From Adineta vaga (Eukaryota; Animalia; Rotifera), in contig CP075495.1 in the NCBI GenBank assembly GCA_021613535.1, positions 12,586,001 through 12,650,000 on the forward strand: a stretch of 64,000 bases of DNA, written 5' to 3'. The position numbers were made by a program, and so were the translations under genes. Within the stretch, counting starts at the first letter, position 1, and every line of letters begins with the position of its first letter. This document shows positions 26,195 to 36,757 of the stretch, piece after piece. The notes beneath the pieces were generated by a model, which did no database searches, was not told the DNA's origin, and saw only the letters and a program-made list of their open reading frames with translations.

Positions 26195-26489
26195 TACAAT
26201 GTTATATTATTAATAGTTATGTATATCTGCTCTGCTTTGCAAATGCGCTGATTACTCAATGGTTGAAATTTCATTTTTCCGTTGTTGTTTTTTGAAGAAA
26301 ACAAAAATCCGTAACCATCTATTCATCCCTAGAGAAAAAAAAGGAGAAACAACTAGTAGCATATATCTCTTTTAAATTCCTCATATACTCTGTTAACTTG
26401 ATTCGTTTTTCTTTGAAATAATCAATGGTTATTTAAAATAAATATTTTCTTTTTCAGTATGTTGATCATTTTGATTTCGTTTATTTTTA

Positions 26490-27665
26490 ATGGAAAATAA
26501 AACTTTTATACATATATCAGATCTTTCCTCAACAACAACTAATCATTCATCGAACAGTGAGATACCATTAACAGCAACTTCGAATTCATTTGTTCTTTCA
26601 CCTATAATCAACACAACAGTAACAACACCGACGTTACAAACTTTACAGGTGAGTTGAAACAAATCAAGGGAACAAAAAAGAAAAGAATATAAATGTGACA
26701 TGAACGACATTAGAAATCGTTTTTTAAGACCATACCTCAACATCAATCAACTAGAATTGATTCGGATAAGAACAAAAATAATACAAATAAAGGATCAAGT
26801 CGACTTGCTTCACAATCAACATTTCCGTATGTTATTTGAAAGATTATGAATACATTCTTTATTTCTATATTTTATAGTATTAAACAAGAACAGTTCGACG
26901 GTACATCTCTACGAGAACAATATTCAAACGCAAGAAATATACTAACATCCAATCAATTGGAAAAATCAAACCCTTTCCCATTGACAAGTATTTTTCTTCA
27001 AAAATAAAGAAAATCAAAATGATATTTATCCACTTTTGTTTTTATGTTATTAGTTGCATCTCTTCAACATAATCCGCGTGAATTACTCCACAGTCTATCA
27101 GCTATTTCAATGGCAAATATAAATGGTCATCTTGCATCAGGTCTAAATCCATCTCATTTACCAGAAAATGGTGGACCATACCTCTATTCAGGTATATATA
27201 ATGAACAACTTTCAAAACAATCTCTTGTTCTTCAAAAATAGGTTTGCCGAGTGATCTAGGCTCTAATTATAAATTATCTCGACCTTGCAATACTGACCTT
27301 CCATCTCCATCAAACTCATCGAATTCATCAAATCCTTCATCATCACATCATCAAGGAAGACGACATGATGAAGGTGCTGATCCAACACGTAAACGTGCTG
27401 TTCGTTTACAAAAAAATCGGTAAAAACAAATCCATTTCATTGATAATTACTTTCAAATTTTTCCGCATAATATTTCAGTGATGCCGCTCGTGAATGTCGT
27501 CGAAAGAAAAAAGAATATATCAAATGCCTTGAAGAACGTGTGACTGGACTTGAAACTCAAAATAAAGCCTTAATTGAAGAATTACGTCAATTAAAAGAAT
27601 TATATTGTCAACGTGAAGAAACAAATAATACTAATAATAAAACAACAACGACGAATACACGTTAG
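26490..27665 (+). CDS. CREB/ATF1/CREM-family bZIP transcription factor, short and without a recognisable KID; about 6 exons
   Basis: C-terminal bZIP RKRAVRLQKNRDAARECRRKKKEYIKCLEERVTGLETQNKALIEELRQLKELYC closely matches the CREB bZIP. Confidence 0.88.
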
Positions 27666-27808
27666 ACAAATCTTTGCAAACAATTAAGTTATTTCTTTGT
27701 ATAATTTACATATTATTTTGTTTTTTTGCTATATCTATATTCTCTACATTTATATTTGTTGTGTAAACAGTTTACTTCTTTGTAATCGTGTATTTTTTTT
27801 GTATACGT

Positions 27809-27834
27809 CTATTATTATTATTATTATTATTATT
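27809..27834. repeat. (ATT)n microsatellite in the CREB 3' region
   Basis: tattattattattattattattattt. Confidence 0.8.
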
Positions 27835-28315
27835 TAAGTTTTGTTTTGTTTTTAGTCTATGTGATTTTTCTTTTGTGTGTTTATCATTTTGTGACAGTAT
27901 AAAGATATTCAAAAATTAATAATAATAATAAAACACAGTGGATGTGTATTCTTTTAATTAATGGATTTTTCCTTTTTCTAGACATGTTTGTGGACGAAAA
28001 TTAACAATGTAAGTGGTACTTTAGTTAGCAAATTAATAAATAAAGTATTACAGAGAAGAGAAGATAGAAATGCTTGCAGCGGAAGTAACATTAATGCGTT
28101 TAATTCCTCTTTGAAAAGCTATAGAACAGTGTTCATTCATTAGAATACATACTATATTATATAATCAGATAGAAAAGAAGACATTTTGAAGGACAATTGT
28201 TTTTTTTTTGTTGTATGGTTCTTATCGATATCTATGGAGCATGGTGCAAATAGTTGCGAAATACTTACTATTTCATTTGATCTTTGTTTTCTTTGATTAG
28301 CACTTTATCTATGCG

Positions 28316-30902
28316 ATGGAACCAGCTCCTTCATCATCCAATATTTATCGTTCACATTCTGATCGTGATCTTCAATCAAATGAAAATCGTTTAACACGAT
28401 CTAATTTAAAAAGTTCTTCCTCAGCGTCGAATATTCCTCTTCAAATAGCAATAAATACAGTGATACCTTCCAATTCATCTGTACCTAATTCACCACTTCT
28501 ATTACCATGGGATCGTTTACAAAAATGGTTATATGGAATAGCTGTCGTTACATTCGATCTAGAGTTAGGACAATCAATTGAACTTCTAATACCAAATCAT
28601 TGTAAATTAACGGATAAAGAAAAATTAAATTTATCTTATCTATCATTTCCCGATGCTAATTCAACATTTCTTGGCGATACACAATATCATTTTCGTATAC
28701 GACATGAATCAACATTACCAAGTTATTATCAATATTACAATTCGATTGTTCCACCTGCCTTACAAGTCGATGCAAATTCCTTATTTGGTTATGTACATTT
28801 TCGTCAAATTCGTGATAAAACAGTGAAACGTGGTTATTTTCAAAAATCACTTGTACTTCTATCAAAACTCCCATTCATATCTTTATTTCTATCGATTGTG
28901 AGTGAACTTGGTCCAAATTATTTTCAATATGGTCTAACTAGTCTAGAAACATGCTGTCATTTAATGGATCATCAATGGCCTGAACCAGAACCAGGCAAAA
29001 CATTATTACTACCTCTACTAGGTAATGTTCTTCAAGTACGTATTCCAACCCATGGTGATAAACCATTCTCATCCTCAGATCTTGTTCAATTTCGTTCAAT
29101 TGTTACTGAAAATACAACGTCAAATAATAGTAATTCGATCAAATTTCCTATTGATGATGATTTAGACATAGACACATCATCTGCAAATAGTTCTCTAACT
29201 ACTAAATCTCAGGTAAGTTCACTTCTAATTCATATTTATTTATTTTCATTATAACTGTTTAACGTAGATTTCCACAACTACAGATCAACATACTTATACA
29301 TCGTTTGAATTTCTACAAAAACATGAACAACAATTACCTCGTTTAATTCCTTTTGTGCATGATGTGAATACATATCAATCATTATCATCAGTTTTAACAC
29401 ATATTCAACTTTTATGGGAATTGATTTTATTGAATGAACCAATTGCTATTCTGGGCACTTTTCCGACATATTGTTCACAAACTGTGCAAGCGCTTGGTAA
29501 ATTATGTTCCTAGTCTAATGTTAGAGAGAAAAAAAAATGCCAAGGAGAACCGAAAATACAATAAGAGTGTACATTAATAATAGAAGATTTGCATTCACAT
29601 TAAGATTGAACAGATATTCTGTGTCAAGAACGATAGGATAAAAAAATGACATCATTTTAGCAAATTTTATAAATGCTACTGTATTTCATCGAGAAAATGT
29701 TGTTAAGAAAATTTAGCCATTTTTGATAATAACAAATACATATATGAATCGTGACCAATGTCTTTCAATTTCTAGTCCATATGATCTGGCCATTAAGGTA
29801 TGCATCTGATTACCGTCCATTCTTTACTATTCATAACAGTGAATTTCAAGAGATTACATTTAATTCCTCGAAAAAACCTTCTAAAATATTCTCTTCATCT
29901 TCTCAAACTCCACCGATGCAACCATCGATTATTATTGGTGTAACAAATCCATTTTTTGCTAAACTTCTCAATCAATGGCCTCATATTATTCGTGTTAACG
30001 ATCATCAACAAGACCGATTAAAATCTCGACAGAATGAAAATTTTCTTTTCGTCGAACAGAATGAAACCAATCTTTCTCTACATGAACTTGAAGATTCAAC
30101 AACTGATTTATCATCATCACCTCAAACATTAACATCCATTTTAAAAAGATTTCCAACAAGTTCCAAACCATACAAACGTTCACGTTCAATTAATAACAAT
30201 TCTTCACATTTAACATTTGATATGAAACCTGGTCTTTATACAAAATATAAACCACATCTACAACGTGATAAAATCATTCTAAAAAAACTACAATCATCGA
30301 ATTCTCAACAACGTCCAGATACGGTTCAAAATGCTTTAATACGTCGTTTCTTTCTAGAATTAACACAAAGTTTTATTATACCATTGGAACGATATTTCGT
30401 TAGTCTTCTACCATTACGTAAATATTATCAACCTAATCGAAAACCACCGACAATTAAAAATTTTGATAATGAAGAATTTCTCAAAACACTTGATCAATAT
30501 GGTCCACAATTGACATCAGGATTAAAAGGTGATTGGAAAGATTTATATAAACATTTTATAACGACACCAAATTTTCGTTTGTGGTTATCCGATAGACAAC
30601 AAGAAGGAAATGCTAAAATCTTTTCTTTATACATTGAAACGATTGCTAATTGTCGTTTAGAAGAAGATTTGAAACTTTCAAAATTAACTGAAGTTGAATT
30701 AGTTGATTTATTATTAAAATTTCATGAATTAATCCAAAGATTAGAATCGAAAACAGATGATTTATTATTAACAATTGATCAAAGTAATAAAAATGATTAT
30801 AGACATAAATTACAAATGAAAATAAAAATAATAATTAATGAAAAATTATCTGAAGATATGAAATTATTGTTTAGTAAACAAGTTAAGCTTTCATCCTATT
30901 AA
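28316..30902 (+). CDS. DENND6: DENN domain-containing protein 6 (FAM116; Rab GEF); 3 exons
   Basis: VVTFDLELGQ, YLSFPDANS..GDTQYHFRIR, FRQIRDKTVKRGYFQKSLV, LLWELILLNEP, DYRPFFTIH, IIGVTNPFF, ELTQSFIIPLERY. Confidence 0.93.
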
Positions 30903-31227
30903 TTTACTCTTCAATTATTTGTTTATTTCTTTCCTTATCTACCAATCAAATCGGTGATCAGAATCTAGTTTGTTTTTTTTTCTTCACTTCATTTTGTTTT
31001 CATTCTTGATTTCTCTAATAACTGAATACTCACAACATATTTATTGTATACTCATATTTTGTATTCTTTTCTCTATTGTTCTATAACAGAAGAAAAGAAT
31101 TTTTGTTTGTACTTTTAAAAAAAGAATGCTCAATATTATATTTAGGAGAAGAAGAAAAAAAAGAGCAACAAGTCTTTTGGGAAATATAGATATCATTCTT
31201 ATTATTTGTTTGTTTATTAGATGTTCA

Positions 31228-31867
31228 ATGACGAGTTTAAATTTATGTCTTTATAAATCTATTCAACGTATTGCTTGTTTAAGCAAACGGTAAGAGATTG
31301 TCAAAGAAAAAAACGAATCAAATGAAAATAGTTTGAATTTCATTTATATGTATTGTTTAGTCAAACAATTCTAAACGTACGTTTCGTCTCGACAGCATTG
31401 CCTGAGAGTTGGTATAAACGTTTTCCACCAATTGACGAAAAAGATATCGAAGAAAAAGCGATTAAAGGTTCAGGACCCGGCGGTCAGGCAATAAATAAAA
31501 CACAAAATTGTTGTCAAATAAAGCACGTTCCCACAGGTAAGTTTATTATTGTCTTATATCTTCGTTATTAGATAATTAGAAAATGAAGAAATTCTTCTTT
31601 GTAGGTATTGTTGTTACATCTCAACAAACGCGTTTTTTGGAAAAGAATCGTTTATTAGCTCGTCGTCAATTGCAAGAGAAATTGGATGTTCATTATAACG
31701 GTGAACAAGGTCTTGTTGCTCAATATAAACGAGAAAGAAGTGAAAAACGAGAAGCACAACGTTTAGAAACAAAGAAAACGTTAGAAAAGAAGCGTGCTTT
31801 CAAATCTGAACAAGATACTTATTCCAATACAAATTATGATGATTCATCAGACCAATCAGTTAAATAA
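31228..31867 (+). CDS. MTRFR: Mitochondrial translation release factor in rescue (C12orf65), GGQ peptidyl-tRNA hydrolase; 3 exons
   Basis: Targeting peptide exon, then [59 protein letters not shown] and a basic C-terminal helix. Confidence 0.9.
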
Positions 31868-31874
31868 ACACATC

Positions 31875-33532
31875 ATGAATTATTCGACAAGAGAATGTCG
31901 AACACCAACGTGTGAAGAACTTAATTATGAGACGAGTCAAGTTAAATGTCCCCATCGTGAAAACAATACTTCCGGAGAAAAATGTCAGAAAATCTTTAAA
32001 AATATCATGGCACTCAATGTACATCTTCAAATGTACCATAAAGAAATAGGCATTCTTACAGTTAGTCAAAGATCTTATCGAACCATAATTTGTTTTATAA
32101 ATATGTTGAATTCTAGGCATTTAATAAATATATATCATACGTAGGTCGTTTTCATTGTCCGATTAAAAATTGTACATTCCATCGTTGTTATGGACAATGT
32201 AGTTTTCTTCCATGGTCATCATCATCATCATCATCATTCTCAAGTTTTAATGCCGTACGATTGGTTAGTGATATAATTGATCTTTTCGATGATGTAAATA
32301 ACTCAACAATTTTCTATTTGTCTATTCTAGCATTATTTACGACAACATGGTTTAAAAAAAGAACAATGTTCAAAATGTTCAAAATCATTTGGTCTTCATC
32401 AAGATTTCATCGCACATGAAAGAATGTTTGTAATAATTTTAAATTTGCAATTAATAAAGAAACGATAATTTTTTTCATTAGTTGTGGTATTCAATGTCCA
32501 TTTTCTTGTTCGAAGTGTCATGAACAATTTCATAATCGAACTAGTTTACGACGACATCAATTGAAATTCCATACAGATTCAAATAGAACTTCTCCTGTCA
32601 TAAAGTAGAAGACATTTCTTTTGTAGCTTCGAAATGGAATAAACGAATCTTCTTTCTATAATCATAGTTCTTCTTCTTTATTAAAACCGAAAGAATATCG
32701 AAAACGACTCAATCGTCGTCGTCCTCTTTCATCTGATCAAATTGAACTTTCTCGTCAAATTATTCCTTCAACTCCACATTCATCAGTCATTATTAATCCT
32801 CACGCTTTAGCCCTTCTTAAAACTTTCAAGTCTGATTCAACATCTCGTTCATCTACAATAGATTCATCTGTTACATTTGAATCCACTAATAATAAATCAA
32901 CTCAAACAACCAGTTATGTTTCTGTTGGAACAGAATGTTGTTCCTTTGCTTTATCACAATCAATATCAATGAAAGTAACTGAACAAAAATCCAGTCAAAC
33001 AATGAATCATAGTAGAATGTGTAAAAAACGAACAAGATATTCTCTGTCATCTTCAAATCATTCAAATACATCACAATGGAAAAATATTCATGTCATCGAT
33101 ATGGAAACACAAATAGCATCTCCATTACGTTCTGATATGTCTATTCAAACCATAAATATCGCTTCCGATTCATTAGATTTTTTACCTAAATCACCAGAAA
33201 ACCATCATAATGTTATCACTCAAACATTACCTATATCAATGACATCAACAGAAATGCAAACAATCAACGAAATATCCAACCAATGCAACAATTTAAATAA
33301 CTTTCCAGAACAAGAATCTGTTGGTACATCATGCTTTTTTGATGATTTCTTATTGAATGATTTAACATCCTCAGTATTCTCTGATTTGAATGTAATAGAT
33401 TTATTTGATTTTATTGATAATGGCACACAAACATATTCAACGCTAACTAATCATGAAACACAAACAGTAGCCGATTGGAATGACATAGTGATACCTGAAG
33501 ATGAATGTATTCAAACGATTATGAATACTTGA
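31875..33532 (+). CDS. ATMIN: ATM interactor / ASCIZ zinc-finger transcription factor; about 5 exons
   Basis: PTCEEL followed by four C2H2-type fingers (C..CQKIFKNIMALNVHLQMYH; FHCPIKNC..HYLRQH; CSKCSKSF..HERMC; CSKC..LRRHQLKFH) and a C-terminal array of LC8-binding TQT-like motifs (STQT, METQ, ITQT, GTQT, ETQT, CIQT). Confidence 0.85.
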
Positions 33533-33751
33533 CATATAGATTTTTTTTCTTCTATAAATAAAACGGTTTTTTTTCTCAGTATGTTTGATATGCATTGATC
33601 GCATTTAATCTGTGACTAATGCGAAGGTTCAGTCACATCAAATATGTGTTGTATCTCTTTTACTAGAATCTATAGAAGTATTTATTTACAATCTAATATC
33701 TATACACAGTAAAAAAACCACAGAGTGTAACAAATAGAGAACAACATTCGA

Positions 33752-34546
33752 TTATTTTCGAATAGTTGAATTCATTGAAGGTGTCCGATAAACTAATAAC
33801 ATTTTATGATGAGTTGTTTTAATTTGAGCTAAAATTCTTCTTGAACTTATGATTTTTGTTGTGAGAATTTGTTTCCAATTAATTGGTGAATTAATTTCTC
33901 GTGAATCAACAAAACCTGTTGGTTGATAATTCTCTGGTGTTACTGGTGAATTATATTGAATTTTAAGACAAAAACGATAATCAGCTCGATTTATAATTGG
34001 TTCAAGACGTTCATCAACAAATTGATTGATTTGCTCTAATGATTTTACAACTTGCTGTTGAATATCATCTGTCGATGTTGTACTTAAGAAACTTTCATTA
34101 TGATTTTTTAATCCTGCATTATTGTAAGCAAGATAATATTCGTACATTTCAAGAACGGAATCGTCTAATTTTGAAACAACAAGAAAAGTAGCTAGTTTTA
34201 AGTAACCATGATAGATAGCTTGAGATACACCTTGAATCTAAAAGAGAATGTTATGAAGAACGTTTGTTTTCATCAACAAATAGTTTAATACCCAAGTAAA
34301 TACTGTTGAATTGAAACGTTTCTGTTCCGTAGGCGATGTTGGTCGTGTAAATAAAGGAACATGTAATGAACCAAGTTTTTTGGATGAAAAATGGTCATTT
34401 GAAAAAATGTGTCGTTTAGCAGTTAAAGCCGAAAGAGTGACAGTAAAAAGACGATGAATAAATAAGGCAGAATCTGATTCTGTATTAATATCTGATGGAA
34501 ATAATTTGTTCCATTCACGAGAATCAATGTACGTTGTTAACGACAT
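33752..34546 (-). CDS. HORMAD: HORMA-domain protein, Hop1/HORMAD-like (2 exons; intron 34238-34291; 246 aa)
   Basis: WNKLFPSDINTESDSALFIHRLFTVTLSALTAKRHIF..TWIQGVSQAIYHGYLK..VLEMYEY..FCLKIQYNSPVTPENYQPTGF, matching HORMAD/Hop1 motifs (LFP..TE..S; TPxxYQPxGF). Confidence 0.8.
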
Positions 34547-35124
34547 GAAAAACAGCAGTTATTTTGTTCGTTCGTTCGTTCGAGTTAAAAGATGAAATTA
34601 GAATTAACGGTTACGAATTGGATATATATACATATAGATATTTGTTTCGTTCTTTTAATATCACGCATGTACATATTTACTGTTCGTTCAATTCAGATTT
34701 AACAAAATTACTTTTAAATATTTGTTTCCCAGAGGGCAGTAGAATCTCGTGAGACAGCATCACTCATTCTAATCATAGCGATCATTTCCGATTAATGTTT
34801 TACTTTAGCAATCAATACTTTTCCATCATTATATCGAAAAACTGCATATTTACGACAACAATCGATTAAATATCAGTATCTGATCCACTATCAATCGTTG
34901 AAGAAATTTGCCATCTATCATCCATATCCGGTATGATTCTCAATTTTAAGAAAATATTTTCTCGTCACAAATCATCATAATGATAGATAATAACCCAATG
35001 CTAATCTTGTCTTAACCTGTTTTATTCATTGACTCGATGAAAAGTTCTATTTTAATATAATCTTCAGTATATTTTATTGTAAAAAAATTCAAGAAATATA
35101 TCAATGAATTGAAAGAAACATCTT

Positions 35125-36206
35125 TCAGTTATTGTTCGAGTTCTTAACAAAATTATTGATATCTTCTTTGAGATATTGTAATACTTGTACAGCATTTTCT
35201 GATGGAAAATGATGATGTCCAGAAAACATTCTAACACGAAATAAATCTTCTGCTGTAGTTAATTCTATCCAACTAAATATGAAAATACAAAGATTTTTCT
35301 TGTCTCTAAAAGACGATGAATTACCTATGTAATAATGGCTCTCTATTAGTATCTTTGTCTCCACCATAAACAATAATTGGAATATTTAATTGAGTTTTTT
35401 CTATCAATTCATAACCAACCTAAATATATTTCATACAAAAGGAATTGTTTTAAGTAGTAATATACTTACTTGTCCGTCAGCTCTTAAGATTGGTAGTAAC
35501 ATTTCAATATATTCAGGATAATCATAAATATGTTTCGTACTAGGATCTATATGCAAACGGAATGAGATAAAGAAGAATATCTTTATTGATTACCAGCCAT
35601 ATTTCTCAAATCATTAGCAAGCTCCGTATCAGTCATTTCAGTAAAGCTTTTATAAGGAACTAAAAGAAGATATTTCTTTGCTAAGTTTACATATATGTAA
35701 AAATAAACCTTTGATATGAGGCGGTCCTCTAGCCATTTGAATCATTAATCGTATTAAATTTCCTTTATTGTTTGTCTCTATCATATGTTTAGCTAGTGCA
35801 AAACTAATTACACATCCAAGACTGAATAGAAAATTAGAAAAAAACTTTTATTTTGAAAACAAAAGCATACCTATGTCCAATAAAAACACATGGTTTATTT
35901 ATAAATGGTACTAATCCTTTGTCTAATTGTTTCAAATATTCTGCTATACTGGTGATTAAATTTTCATTGGATCGTGTTGCTCTTCCAGGATAAATAATTA
36001 AAGAAAATTCATATTCAGGAAATTGTCTGTCCCATTCACGAAAATAAGAACCTTAACATCAATCATATTCAACGATATGAATCATTGACTATATATACAA
36101 TACCTGGATTACCAGCCGATGGAAAAATAAAGACTTGATATTTAGCAAATGGACGTGGATGATAAGTTTTAAACCAAAGATGCTCGTTAGAAGAACTATT
36201 TGCCAT
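35125..36206 (-). CDS. Type II (stand-alone, GrsT-like) thioesterase, alpha/beta hydrolase; 7 coding exons
   Basis: LIFPSAG, YPGRATRSNE, nucleophile motif FIGHSLG, LLPILRAD, PIIVYGGDKD, WIELT..FRVRMFSGHHHF; Ser-Asp-His triad intact. Confidence 0.85.
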
Positions 36207-36757
36207 ATGAAAATCTCCTAGAACTAGAGAAACTACAATTGACTATCATTTTCATTAAATTAATCAACCATATACGTTAGAAAACAGAAATCTCACATAT
36301 GCTCAGAAACTATAAAGTACTTGACTATCGAAATAAGAGAAAGTATTTTGCATCCATGCGTAACATGATACTTCATACTAGAACCAATCACATTGATTAA
36401 ATAATCGTAAGAGATACGCTATGCAGATGTATTATTATATACAAATAATTGCTTTACGTGTGTGGTAAGAATCATTCTCGTGATTTTGTAAATCAATTGA
36501 ATAGATTGAATGTTTATTAATATTCTTTATAGTGTTTTACGTATCAGCTGAATTGAATTCTCTTGATTATTACACACAAAAAAGGAGTATGCTTTTTGCA
36601 GATAGCTCACGCAAACATACATACATCAAAGAGACATTCACACAGAAGAAGAGAAAAAGATTTATCAGTCGTATTAAGTATAGAAACTCCAAAAAAAAAT
36701 GTTCAACAAAATAGAAAATATACAAGTGTTTATGTATATGAAAAAATATATTTATCA

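Noticed and set aside
31794-31874. Stop-codon readthrough fusing MTRFR to ATMIN
   Set aside because: The 7-nt spacer puts ATMIN out of frame, so simple readthrough cannot fuse them; I saw no convincing slippery site.
33611-33637. TGTGACT..AGTCACA inverted repeat between the ATMIN and HORMAD stops
   Set aside because: A single 7-bp stem is expected by chance; no other support.
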